Shown: positions 1 through 14,500 of the stretch, in pieces | How positions within the stretch are numbered: position 1 is the stretch's first letter | Layout of the letters: every line of letters begins with the position of its first letter | Source: the human T2T-CHM13v2.0 reference genome, Homo sapiens | Assembly (NCBI RefSeq): GCF_009914755.1 | Contig: NC_060935.1 | Length of the DNA stretch: 64,000 bases | Strand: one strand, 5' to 3' | Notes under the pieces: model-generated | Database searches by the model: none | The model's input: the letters and a program-made list of their open reading frames with translations, nothing else | Told to the model about the DNA's origin: nothing | Made by a program: the position numbers and the translations under genes

Positions 1-269
1 TCTATTTATCCATACTGCCCCAGAGTGTCCAGGCCATGGTGCACTCCAGATTACTTGTAATAAAATGCTTATGGATCATTTAGGTATGCTGTGTATTACA
101 GACACTCTGTTCTGAAAATGAAAAGCAGAAAGAGACTCAGTCCCTGTTCTCAGGAAGCGTGCAGCCCATTGAGAGAAGAAAGCAGGGAAGCAACTGATTA
201 GAAGCCAACGTAATGTGTTTTCTCACAGAGGGTGTGAATTCAGGGCTGGAGCAACACGGTGCAGGGGCA

Positions 270-520
270 TCCAACTCTGGGTAGGACACTGGGGAGTAGA
301 AGTCAGGGTGACTTTTGAATTGAGACTTGAAAAAGCAAAGGTTCACCAGGAGACAAAGGGCAGGGGTAATTCCACCAGGGGCAGGAGGAGGTGCACAAGC
401 AAATAGGTATGTAAGAGGCCATGAAGCAAAGTATTCAGAGAATTAGGAATATGACTGGAGACCAGGGAGTGTGAGAGCAGGATGGTGGGGATGTGGAATG
501 AAGAAGCAGACCAATATGTT
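270..520 (-). mobile_element. Degenerate L2 fragment
   Basis: Purine-rich 'aggtgacttttgaattgagacttgaa...' typical of antisense L2 3' region; boundaries approximate. Confidence 0.45.
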
Positions 521-2184
521 CGAATTCAGTGGATGCATAAGCGCATCCAACATACTTTGCTCAGTGCTCATTACATGTTACACTGCTGTTCCTATTAAAG
601 TATAACAAGTATTTGCTTAGCTATTTCACAATTGATCAATTTATACTAGCTCCATGTCACTGGAAATATTTCCCTTGATCCTTGCAAATGCAGTGAAGGA
701 AAGTGAGAATGCCACTCCTGTGCATTTACTAAAAGTAACTGCACAAGCGCAAATGCACTGTCCATCTAAATAACCAAAAATATAATAGGACATGGTGACT
801 GTCACTCCACGGTGCTGTTGATACAGTTCACACAGCACTAGATGCTGCCCTGCACTGTTTCCACTTATAGCGTGGTATGTCAGTAGACTCTATGAGACAC
901 CATATTTAGATTCCATGCTTCAATCCAGAGAACACTGTCCACCGATAATTTATTCGAGCATCTTCCTTGACTGTGTTATCTGTGTTTTTGCTCTATGGTT
1001 TCCTATTTTACAGACCCAACCTTTAAGTCCTTCTCTCTTTTTGACAGTAGAAAAGAATAAGACAGGACAGAGAAGCTTGTAGGAGTAGGTGAAGGTGAAT
1101 AATGGTTGGCAACTTTCTAGTTGATCATATACCTGAGAATACATTACCCTGATGGAGTGAACGCCTTTTGAAACCACAGCTTCGTTCAGATATGTTATTA
1201 GTATTAGATTTTACTATGTAGCCACTGCATTAATTTAGCATCATCGTCTTGACCATTCATCCTTAAAAGTATTAACCCAGTGTAATTCAGTACTTCTTTG
1301 GTAAACCTTCCATAGGAAGATTACGACAATTTTAGTGATTATGAACTATCTAGGCTTAGCAGATGCTGGTAATCTATGGGAATCATGACCTGAAAGGATT
1401 TATGTCTAAATGTGATTTAAAATCCCCCCTTCAAGACTCCAATTTACCTTTCATGCTTTGCATTCTCTCAACGTACATTTCTCTGCAGAATACTTTTTCC
1501 TACTAAATGATTCCAGGCAAGCTTGATATTACATAGGTAAATACATTTGCTTTCTGCGTCGAGGTACTTGTACTAATTCCAAGTTGCTTTGAAAAATGCA
1601 CTAGAAAAAACGTTTGGTGTGCCTTTTGAATTTTTCCACAGCAGTGTCAGTGACAGAAGGCAGCTGTAACGCAGCTGTAACCCTGGCTTTGACTTGGTTT
1701 AAAGGCTGATATTTGACTCCAACTCCAAAAACAATCATCATTCTTATAATTCAATCCTAAGGCACCATGCATCCTCGGTGAACCCCACTTAATTGTCATC
1801 TTTAATAGGGGCACTACTTGGAAATCCAGTTTTCAGCATGTCTTTTTTTATCCTCAGCGTACACAGCATGAAATGCATTTTTATCTTGATGCAGAGCAAG
1901 TGACTTACTTGGGTCAACTGACTACTATTTTAAGGCCAGAATTTCTTGAATAAATAAAGTATAAAAACTCAGAGATTTTTATATTATTTCCACAAAATTA
2001 CTTTTGTGAGGTAACTTCCTGCCCCATTGGTCTCATTTTAAAATGGAGCATATTTTATGGGAATGTATAATACTGACACTTTTTCTTTTTGTTTTTTAGT
2101 TTATTTGAGGTCTTCACATAGAAGAGTATTTATGTATGCCAAAAAATTCAAATCTCAAAATTTTCCCTCCAATTCCTGACTGGG

Positions 2185-2379
2185 TAGGTTGCCAAATAAA
2201 ATGTAAAAGCCCAGTCAAATTTGAATTTCAGATAAATAACAAATAAGTTTTTAAAAGTTATAAGTATGTCCCATGGAATATTTGAAACATACTTGTACTG
2301 AAAGATAATTCATTGTTTATCTGAAATTCAAATTTAACTGAGCATTTTATATTTTTATTTGCTAAATCTGGCAACCCTA
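2185..2379. mobile_element. MER53 palindromic hAT MITE
   Basis: Termini taggttgcca...tggcaacccta; internal inverted arms aaatttgaatttcagataaa / tttatctgaaattcaaattt. Confidence 0.9.
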
Positions 2380-2959
2380 TATCTGGGGGCACTTGAATTA
2401 TGATCAGAAGTACATTATCTCCAGATTGTAGGTCTGCAAAATTCCCAAAGGACCATTCTTTTCTTGGGTATGTGCAAAAGTGGAGACTGTCCCACCACGC
2501 CATTCCCAAAGGCCCCTGGGGCCATCCGGCTCCGGGTCTAATGGATCTAGACAGTGGAGATTAACCAGTCCCTTCTTTAAAGTATGTTAAAAAGCTTTAA
2601 AACAACATAAATAAGGCCCTTCACATACTGGGCACTCAATGTATTTAGGTTGAAATCTTTGATGTTCATTAGTGCCAGTCAAGATGAGGACAGAGATAAA
2701 ATATGACATCTTAGAAACCATTCCTGTACATGTCTCACCTTTCAATCTAAGCACTTTCGGATTCTTCAAAAACCAGCTATAATTCCACCTTGTTCAAGAG
2801 GCCTTCCCAGATCACCTCGGGCATGAGTTCTTTGCCACCTCAACTCTCCAGCATTTATCGTTTATACAGTTCATTTGACGTTTAACATATTTTGCTTAAT
2901 ATGTTAACCATCTTTTCATTTATACATTCTTTTAGGAAAAACATAGAGAGTAGAAGCCT

Positions 2960-3460
2960 TGCACCGTGATTTACAGCATGAGCCTAGGAGTCAGACCAAT
3001 TTTGGTTTCCAATGCTGCCCTGTCCTGTCTGAGCTTTGTAACCCTGAACAAACATCTTTTCTGAGTCTCAGTTCATTATTATTATTATTTTGAGACAGGG
3101 TCTCACTCTGTCATGTAGGCTGGAGTGCAGTGGCACAAGCTCGGCTCACTGCAACTCCACCCTCCTGGGTTCAAGTGGTTCTCATGCCTCAGCCTCCTGA
3201 GCATTTGGGATTACAGATACCCGCCACGATACCCAGCTAATTTTTGTATGTTTAGTAGAGATGGGGTTTCATCATGTTGGTCAGGCTGGTCTCGAACTCC
3301 TGACCTTGTGATCTGCCCACCTCGGCCTCCCAAAGTGCTGAGATTACAGGTGTGAGCCAACATACTCAGCCATCAGTTTATTATTTTTAATCCCTCAGTA
3401 AAATGAGACTATTTCATCATGTTGTATTAAATGAGTTGATGCATGTATAGTGTTAACTCT
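2960..3460 (+). mobile_element. MIR interrupted by an Alu
   Basis: MIR motifs ggagtcagac...tctgagtctcagtt [Alu] ...gtaaaatgag...attaaatgagttgatgcatgta. Confidence 0.7.
3075..3371 (-). mobile_element. AluS (Sg-like) with (TTA)n tail
   Basis: Full antisense Alu; approximate TSD tcagtt(c/t)attatt. Confidence 0.95.
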
Positions 3461-6189
3461 TGGGAAACACAAAGACACTAAATGGTGGCATGTTGTTATC
3501 ATTGCCATGATCTTTATATTAATATTACTATCTTCTTTTAATCTCCCACAGTGTCCATGCGTTATCAGGCCCTACGTGAATTGATCAAAGGATCTTTGCC
3601 TGAGAGTTGACAGAGGCTCCAAATTCCTTGCTGTCTAGAGAAGGGGGTGGGGGAACACTGCCTGTAAACAAATGAGTGACCCTCCTTCACTCTCTTAGGG
3701 TACAGATTTCATTCTCTTATTTCTCTTTCTCTGTGCTCCTTTAAACCTGCAGATTTAAGCCACTGCCTTGTGCTCTGCTTGGGATTATGTGAGAAGCAGG
3801 AAAATTTCAACTGCCTTAGAGATTTGTTTCCCTAGTGGCACCGGACATGGTGAGCCCTCCTGGGACTCAGAGTCAGCACATGCTTCCTGCCTTACTCTTT
3901 ATTGACTATTTGCTGCCTCTTTATTTTTTTCTAAGTCATCAGTGAGGAAGTTGCATAACTTAAAAGCTAAGCTAAGTGGGAGTCTGTTTACTGCAATCTG
4001 GAGTCATACATATTATTTATCTTCTTTGCAAGTTGTTACAAAATGCAATGTAAAGTGTTCTTATACATGCAGAATTTTTTTTGTCATCCTTGGGTATGCA
4101 TGAGCTTGAGTTTTTAACATTTTATTTCTGGTTGTATTATAGGTAATAGAGTAACTTGGAAAAAAGTACAATTTCCTTAACAGTCAGACATAGATTTAAA
4201 AAAATACAAGTTTCAAATACATCCTCTGAAACCTCTACTGGATTTTTCAAAATAGCAAATTCAAAATCTTTTATATAAAAAGTGAAAAAAAAAGCATCAT
4301 CAAACTGAAAGGAGGATGCCTTTCTGGGTTGTTCATTCATCAGGATAATATCTGTAAAACTCTAATCTCTTGGAAGACTCTGGCTAAAACAAATTCATTT
4401 TTGGATCAGTACCCAGTGCCTTTTTCATAACAGGTATTCAATGGGCATTTGTTGAACCAACTAATGAGAAAGTATTTATTCAACAAGTATTTATTGAGCA
4501 CTGAGGAGATGTATTACTATAAAATAAGTTCACAGTATATAGTGTTATTAATACTATGGTCATTAATTAATAATAATTTCACCACCACAACACTGTAATG
4601 CAGCCTCCAGAAAGCCAGTGACATAAACTGGAAGTTTGGGTGACAGAGTTTACAGCTTCTGATTATTTAGACTTAAAGCAATTAGCCTTGCTGTTCCCAC
4701 TGTTAACCACAGAGAAGGACATGTTCCCAAGTTTCCACCTATTCACTTCTTGATTAATAACTTTAAAGTCATTCCAAACCTATCAAGACTCAGAGATAGC
4801 GCTGGGCCTTTCCTGTAGTGTGGGGTTTGTCTTCAGGAACAAAATCCCACTTCTGCAGCCTGCAGTGTGACCCATCTGTTTTGTATCCCCTGTCATTTTG
4901 GGAACAGTGTAACACTGTGGAGGCCAGGCTATACCCGAGGTTAGAGACCCCACCTTTAAAATTATTACTCTGGGGAAAGCAGGAAATATTGTTTCAATCA
5001 TAAGGATAAAATATGGACAACTATGAACCACTTAAGAAGTTTCATAGCAGTTGCCTTCAACCACAAAACCAAAATCAGTATTGAGCTCTTTGCTTCTGCA
5101 CAGTATAGGGAAGATGTGAGTGGCAGTTCAGTCAAGCTTTTTTTTTTTTTTTTTTTTTTACTGTTCTCTGGACCTGATTTTGCACTTGAAAATTTCCAAG
5201 CTCTCAGAGTACTTCAGTGTTAATAGAAAACAGCTAAAATGTTGCCACATTTGCAGATGTGGCAGATGTGAGCAGAAGAACAAGGTCAGCACACATAGGA
5301 CCAGGTCTTGGTACAGCAGGAGCATGTGGAGTTTCCAGAACTGCTTTCAGGTGTTTCTACTCTGTACGGTTTTCATTCCCTATTTCCAATACATCATCCC
5401 CTGTGTTTCACCTCATTTCCTCCCAGTTTCCGTTTCTACTTTGTCATATATTAATTTGGACCTTTGTAATCTTTGGTTTCCTTCTAGTGGAATCTGGTGA
5501 TTTTATTAAAACCAGACCAACGAGAAAATGTTTCCAGGTAAGTCTTCAGGCTGGCAGCCTCTCTTCCAATATCATCCCGGTCCATCAGCTGAGCCTGGTA
5601 GGTAATCCCACTGTTGCAGACTGGAGGCTTACAAATGCTGCTCAGGGATAGCACTATGCTTGAAACATACGCCTTGTGCTTTAGAAGCCATGAGTTCCAT
5701 AAGCGCACGCTGAATATGTTTATTAAAGGACACGTGGTCCCATGGAATGTGGCGCTCAGCACTGCACAGCACTAGCAGTCACCCTGAACACTCACTGTTG
5801 TCAGTAGCACCATCCAGACTCTAGTGCAGACACCTCTCCATATCCCCTGCTTTGTGTCTTGGAAGCCCAAGGTGGCTTCTTTTGAGGCTGGATTGTGATG
5901 CTGCCCATATCAGAGAAGGACACTTCTTTGGAGAGCAGGGAGGAGTTGAGCAGCAGAAGCACTCAGTTAAGAAAAAGACAAATTAATTAACTTGTCAAGT
6001 CTTTCCTCTCAGCACGAATGCAAGGGATAATGAGATATCATTTCCCAGGAGTGCCAAGCTTCCATTTTGCTACTTCTTTTCATGTTCTAATTCGATGCTC
6101 CAGAAGTACTCACCTATTACCTTGATAACCCCAAAAGTTGCATATCGTGGCCAAAGAACATCTTGTAATATTAAACAATTCCTATGGCC

Positions 6190-6980
6190 CTTAAAGTTAA
6201 ATATATGCAGGTCTAGTAGTGACTAGTGTGCTAGGGATTCTTTGGTAATTGGATCACCATTGAACACTAGAATTACTACCAGTTTTATTTTTATAAAAAT
6301 ATTTAATGTGATTTAAATTTTCAAAAAATATAATTTGTTTCATTTAAATAATTATTTGAATGTTATATTCATTAGTTATACTTTGAATTTTGCCTTTTTT
6401 CCCAGAAAATTGAAGATTTTAGAAGAAAACTTTTAGTAGCACAAAAGCTAACCTTTAGTTTTGGATTTTTATGTTTACTTTACATTTTTGATGAAAATAA
6501 ATTCAAATTGTGTGTACTTTAATATTACACTTCATTTTTAATACTTTAGAATCTAATATTTAGATCATTACTGTCAATAGAAGACACGTTATATGAAAAC
6601 TGTCATTATAACAACATAATTAGGGAATTGCAGAAATGAAAGCAAAAATAAATTTTACAGATTAAGTAATAATATATTAATTATGTATGACCTAATTTTA
6701 TTACTCACTGAAACATCACCAACCCCACAACAGAATATTCAGATGTACACAATAATGATTACAGTCATCATGGACATTTTGTTGACTTCAAGAATGACAG
6801 CTTTCCATATATTTTTCAATTTTGTCATTATCAACATTTATTTGTCAAGGTAGAAAGACAAAGCATATTTTACTTAACCATTTGTTAGCCTATTTATAAT
6901 GTTTAATATTTAGACACATAGTATGTAGGCTTTCATTTGTCTTGCCCTGAGTCCTAAAAATGTTAGAGGGTAGATCCAGC
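6190..6980. mobile_element. Probable MER115/Zaphod-type hAT-Tip100 DNA transposon remnant
   Basis: AT-rich body ending tatgtaggctttcatttgtcttgccctgagtcctaaaaatgttagagg, resembling the MER115/Zaphod terminus. Confidence 0.5.
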
Positions 6981-6986
6981 CAGGTA

Positions 6987-7190
6987 TTTTCTTTTTTTTT
7001 CTTTTTTTCTTTGATTGTCATTTTTTTTTAACTTTTATTTTAGGTTTTTGTGCAGGTTTGTATTATATATAAAGTGCATGTCACAGAGATTTGTTGTACA
7101 GATAATTTCATCACCCCAGTAATAAGCATTGAACTCGATAGGTATTTTTTTCGGATCCTCTCTCCGCTCCCACCCGCCATACCCAGGTAG
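6987..7190 (-). mobile_element. L1 3' end fragment (old L1PA-like)
   Basis: T-tail then aacttttattttagg...gtgcaggtttg...ttgttgtacagataatttcatcaccc. Confidence 0.85.
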
Positions 7191-7469
7191 TTTCCTCTTT
7201 CTGAGGCTTATAGTAGTACTGTTCTTCTGAACTACTGCCTTAAGATGATTAGTTTAGGTACAACACAATTGGGTTTTTTCCCAAGCTATGGAATGTACTC
7301 TCTCAATTTGTAGTTTGTTTTACAGATAGGGATAAAAGTGTAAGAGACAGCAGCACTGAATTATTTGATATTATAATCAGTTTCCCAAAGTATTTTTTGA
7401 CAATCTATGTGTATGATTTAATATGCTCCCATATTTTATGCATAAGGGAAAAGAGAGATACATTATTTT

Positions 7470-7650
7470 ATATTATCTTTGGAGTTAGGCAACCCTAGAT
7501 CTGACTTGTCATTTTGCCACTCACTAACAGGGTGACTTATTTCAACTATTTAAGCCTCAGTTTCTTTATCAGTAAAATGGCACTTAAAACACCCACACCC
7601 AGAAGGTTTACAGTCAGTACAAGAAAATACATGTAAATTACTTAGTAGAT
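7470..7650 (+). mobile_element. MIR
   Basis: ttggagttaggc...tgccactcactaac...aagcctcagtttctttatcagtaaaatgg. Confidence 0.75.
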
Positions 7651-7879
7651 AGTAAATATAAAATAAATAGTTATTAGTAGTACAATGATCCACATTTTAA
7701 AATTCCTAAAGTACCAGTCTATTTATTTACTCAATAACCCTCCTTTTCAAACACTCTGATAACTCTCCACTGCCCAAGGTGTGCCTTGTTACCGTATTCA
7801 AGGGGCTCCAATATATCCTTCCAACCTTAAATTCCAACAGTGCCCCAACCCCATGACTACTGTCCCTGGAGATCTATAC

Positions 7880-8240
7880 TTTCCTACCTCTATGCCTTTG
7901 CTACCACAATTCTATCTATTTGAATGGCTGTTCTTCTTCCAAGGCCCAGTTCAAGTTCTTCCAAGATGTCTTCTCATCTTTCAATGTTAATTAACTTTCT
8001 TTTCCTTGTGCCCCCATAACACCTCCTCTGTAGCTCTCTCACAAAACTCAATACAGTGAGCTTCATATCATATTAAGTTTTGTGTATGTGTCCATCATCT
8101 CTGTTATACTCTCAGCTTCTCTGGGACAGATTATATCTTTGTCACCTCTGCATAAGTGTATCCCCTTCCCAGAGCACATGACATAGTAATTGGCACAAAG
8201 TAGATGCACATAATGTTCTTTACTTGAATTTGTTGAATCT
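7880..8240 (+). mobile_element. L2 3' fragment
   Basis: ttccaaggcccagttcaag...cagagcacatgacatagtaattggcacaaagtagatgcac...tgaatttgttgaat. Confidence 0.6.
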
Positions 8241-8519
8241 ACTTCAGAGGAATAAAAAGAAAATAAAAACAAAATTAGGTCATTATTTGGATTCTTCAAG
8301 TACTGGTGATTCTTGTTTTCATGGTTACAAGGATTTTTGTTTTTTTTCAAAATGACATTATTTATACTTTAAGACAGTTAGCTAATTTCCAGGAAAAGCA
8401 CTTTGTCTAAAAGCACTTCTTATTGACAAATTGAACATTGTGATACATTGCACTACTTTAGAAAACATGCAATTCATGTAAATACTCTGGGGGAGTTTCA
8501 ATGTTTAGGTATTTTAGTG

Positions 8520-9310
<791 letters not shown>

Positions 9311-10509
9311 AGATTGTACAGAGATCGTACGAGCATTCTCATTGTAGTTATTCATAGTTTTAAATCTATGATCATTAATGTCCAAGGTAGCAAGGAAATT
9401 TGAGCTGGTTATCAAAAATTGTAATCTGGAACCCACCTTTAGTTGATCACCATTCATTCAATTAATTACATATTTAGCAAATACTTATTGTCTCCTATCA
9501 GCCAATCACTATGCTACATCTTAGAAATACAAAGACAAATAAGATATGGTGCATGTTTTTAAAGGCTCAATATCCTAGTGTTCCCCACCACAGATAGCAT
9601 GGGGATTGAATCTGAGGAGGCTTTATTGCCTAAAAAGTTATTTAAGAATGATTTTATGTCACAGGGAAAGAATTTGGGTGGAATTCAAGAAAAGACTCTG
9701 GGCCAATTACAGTTTTAGCAGGTAAGGTCCCAAACAATGCCAGACCAGACAAACAGCTTCAGGCTTTGAAACTAAAGACAGTGGTCTCAGGTTGTGTGAC
9801 AAATAGAATTCTATGCAATGGCCTGTCTGTCTATATAGTCTCTCACACATAAGAGCAATCATTGCCAATAATGCCATCCTCAGGCATGAAGGACAGTGAC
9901 ATTAATGGGAAGAAAAATATTCCATTAGTAAAACATCCCCTAATTAATTCTAATCTGTTCCCTGGAAAAGCTGCTCTAGAGGAAAGATTTTTTTTCTCCA
10001 CATGCCAAACTGCCAAGCATTACTTTGGAAAATTTTCCATTTAGTTTCAAGGAATATTAAAATGCTTCACTTAGCAAAAATTAGAAATGAATCTATTTCC
10101 TAGCTCATATTATATATAAAGATAAGATTTTTACAGGCAGTGTCAATTCTTAATTGAGCATATCAGCTAAAAGCAACTAAATTCTATTAGTCTCTGAATT
10201 GACATTTATTATTATTCTTATTCTTTACTATAAAAATGCACTTAAGTACCTAAACTGCATGCCATCTTAGAAACTGTGATACAGCAATGACAGATGTAGC
10301 CCTTATTCCCCTAAAAACTTTAAATTTGTCAGATAAAATTAGCAGAAAACAAACAAATCAAAACTGCATAAAATAGAATATCTTCACATCAATTCATTAG
10401 TGAAACAGTAAAAAATGTTACGTTCAATGGAGGAATATGAAACACAACAAAAGTGACAAACCAGTAGCTACACTATGCCTCAATAAGTATTCACAGAATC
10501 AGCAACATG

Positions 10510-10965
10510 TCAAGCTGTCTCCTACCTCGGGGCCCTTGTACCTGCTAGCCTTTCCCTACCCAGCAAGTTCTCTCTGCTTAGCTATCATGTTAATCCTTCA
10601 GATCTGAAAGCATGTGCCCCTTTCTTCGGGAAGTTCTCCTTGACTCCCTAAAATTATATCAAGTTTTCTGACTCTCTAAACTTTCCTTAATATCACTTAT
10701 TATAGTTCATAGTTTCCTTCTAATAGGTATATACTTACCCTAGTACCTACGCATAATCCTGTAGTGATCCATTCCTTAATATTGCTTTTCATAGTTCACA
10801 GTTATACATTTATGTGATTATTTCATAAATAAGTCTCATTCACAGCTATACTGTAAGTTTCATGCCAAGAATGCAGGGAGTGGTTCTCTCATCCTCCTGT
10901 TTCAGCCCAGTGCCTGGCACACTGTGGTTGCACAATATATATGTGAATAAATGAATAAATGAGCA
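10510..10965 (+). mobile_element. L2 3' end
   Basis: cctacctcggggcccttgtacctgct...cccagtgcctggcacac...gtgaataaatgaataaatga. Confidence 0.75.
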
Positions 10966-10969
10966 GTAT

Positions 10970-11200
10970 AGTATGTGTTCAGAGCATGAGCTCTGAAGTT
11001 AAACATATTTCAGTACAAACACCATAATCTCACTATCCAATTATGTGACTTTTGACATAGTTTGCTCCTCTCTGAGATTCATTCAGTTTTCTCATGGGTA
11101 AAATGGAAATAATAATAATAGTAGTTTCCTTATATGGTTGTTGTAAGTTTAAATGAGAAAAGGCATACAATGTGTTTTGCTTAACACCTGGCAGAGAACA
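10970..11200 (+). mobile_element. MIR
   Basis: agagcatgagctctgaagt...tgtgact...gtaaaatggaaataataata...ggttgttgtaagtttaaatgaga. Confidence 0.75.
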
Positions 11201-11270
11201 AGTGTTTATTGTTGTTGCTGCTGTTATTATTTATGTCTCTGTCGCCATCGAATGAAATCATTACAAACTC

Positions 11271-11584
<314 letters not shown>

Positions 11585-14500
11585 TCAGGAAGGTGGGAGA
11601 GAAAGTACTGATTGAGTCTATCTCTGATGAGCTTCTGGACAGCCCAGTCTTGGCCACATCGGGTTTCCAGACATTTTTGCTGCCTGGCTAACTCCCCATG
11701 GCATCAGCTAACTTCAATCACTCCCTCCAGCCATCACCAGGCTGGATTCTTGGTTTCCTATTACTATCTAGAGGTAAAGCTCTTTAATTTATCTTGCTTT
11801 TCTCCTTCATGCTAGCACCCAGTTCCTAGGATATGACACTGTGTAGAGCTAGGTCAGAAGAGAAATGAAGTCACACTCAAAAATGGTTCCACTTTTCCAA
11901 CTTCCAAACACTTTCCCCAAGTCAACCATGTACATACACCTTGACTTTCCTCTCAGGATGACTTCCTGCCACAACTAATGGAGTGCCTGGCTAAAAATAA
12001 ACAAATAAAATAAGAAGATGGCCGCTGTCCACCTTCCATTGGGACATTTTACTTTTGAGAACAAACATTTAGTCACTGAAGCTGAGGAAGTCCTCATTCA
12101 AGGACAGGGTTTCCTTGCTCAGTCGGCCAGACCAGACCAGACAAGCCTCATGCGCCTGAAGGTCCTGGCTCCTGGACCCTCACTGTATTTATAAAGTCTT
12201 AACAGAGTGACTGTGAATTCCATTGTGGTGATGCTGCCTCCGGCTGGCAGATGGCCATGGTTTCTAGACTTCATAAGCAATTTTGAGGCCTGCAGATATG
12301 GGCATTGAGAGCACTAGGCTCTCCTTTACATATCTATGTTCACGCGGTCTCTTGTAAAGTTATCTTTGACATATTTTAAACTTATTAGTTGTTTTCTGAA
12401 AATGTGGCTACTTCTAGTTGAACAAAAAAAAAATGCTCCCTAGTCTCTCACCTCCTGAGGCATAGCTTTGTAGAACAATCTATAGAAATAAAGAGCTTTT
12501 AGGAAGTTCAGGGTTGAAACAAAGAAAAAGAAAGTTGTTTCTCAGCAGAAAAATGCAACAAAGCCTTTCTTCTTACCAAATAACTTAAGAATGTCTGAAC
12601 AAAAACATCCCAAACCTGGCTAGTGCCAGAATTTCTCAGATAAGTCAAGAGAGGGGAAAAACACAAATCACACCCCAAACCACCAAGAGATGAATGAATG
12701 GCAAAAAGAAAACAATACATAATTTAAAATGTTGTTAAACATTTAAAGAAGTAAATTGTAACCATTTTCTAGAACAGCAATTATACGTAAGAGTGTTTTC
12801 TAATTAATTTTCTTCTGAAAACAATTGGTGAGATCCTGCAGAGATTCCCTCTCTTCCCCCAAGGCCTTCCACACCCCTGGAGCCCCAGGAAGCCCTCTGA
12901 ATCTCCACTCTCTACCTACCTAGAGGATCCCTTACCAGATACTACCTCGTGTGTCATGTTGTAAAGCATTTCTCACTATGTGGCTAGTCTTTCTAACCAG
13001 ACTGCAAGCATCCTAGATACAGAAATATAATCACATGATCTCCCCAGAAGCTACCATGGTGCCTTGACTACATATCGATTGATTCATTTAAGAATTTCTA
13101 AATGTTTTCTTCAAACCAACAGAGAATAAAAATCTGAATGAGTACTTCATTGCATTATACCAGTATAAAAGCAGAACTGGCAATACCATAAATTTGAAAT
13201 TACTCACATTTTGAGGAAATTGTAGACTCTTTGGGCTGCAGAGAAATATCATTGCTTGGTGCTCACTCTCACATAACATTCTGTCTTGCAAAATACCAGA
13301 CAGATATCAAAAGCAGGAAGGTGGGTGTGGATATGGAAAACAGAAATCAATTTGCAGTATTTTGGTATCCTAGAACCAGTGAAACTTTTTCTTACACAGA
13401 AAAGTACTATGTTTGGTATGCAAATATTATTATTAAACTTAACACCAGTTGTTAAGTTTTCAGAATTGTTATCCTCAATAGGATAAGCTGAAAATTGAAA
13501 CAGCTTTAAGAAAAAACATTTAACGAAACGTGGGATGTTTAATGAAAAATTTCCCACAATATGACTGTCCCTGGTCCCATTTTTAGAAAGAAAATCCTGA
13601 GCTATTTAGAATATGGAATGATGAATATGGATAGACCTGGCTAGTCTAGAATAGTCTAGGATAGAATATGAGTATGATGATGACAACATTTGTGCAAAAA
13701 TTTTCAGTTTATAAAAATACATCAAAATTCATTAATACCTCTTTCAAAGATTTATATGTTTTGCTCATTCAAATATTTGTATATATCTATATATATTTGT
13801 ACATCTTGATTCTCAATTTAAATGCATTACTTCACTTACTGCTCTTTTAAGGATTTATACATATTCTTTTTTCAATGATTTATACACAGTGCTTTTTGAT
13901 GTAGGCAAATGAAGCAGCTGAAATGTTAGAAGAACAAGGTTGTAACTTAACTACTTTATAGCATCCTATATGCAGAGTTGAAGACTAGACATACTAGCTC
14001 CCTTTCTTCAAATGGGTAAACGAATACACAGAAATGTTAAATAATTTACTAAAATGTATGTAGGGATGACTGCCTCTTGAGTTTCCTGATTTCCAGGACA
14101 GCCCACATCAGATTATGTTGATTCTTTTCTGGCCAGTCTGAGACCTATAGAGTCCCAACGTTCTCTGATTTCATCCATACCTATCTTTGGAAATAGTCCT
14201 CAGGAAATGAGGGAACAATACGAAGCCTAATGTGCTGTGATGTGTGTAGAATATATTTGACACTTGTCTCGCTAATTAAAACTCTACTTCTCTACCCAAA
14301 TAGCGGTGTTGTAAGAGATCATCACACTCACTTCTGCATTTCCTTCCTTATTTAATGTCCTCATGGTCACATGAGATGACTAAATGCTCAGGTCCTGAGC
14401 TACATTTCCATGTTTAGTAAATCAGGAAATAGTGAAAGATATGTCTTGTGACATTTTCATTCCAAACTTAGACTAGGCATGAGTATTTAATGACAAGCGA

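Noticed and set aside
5120-5762. Overlapping 126/130/92 aa ORFs in unique sequence
   Set aside because: Non-ATG starts, low-complexity composition, no recognisable domain.
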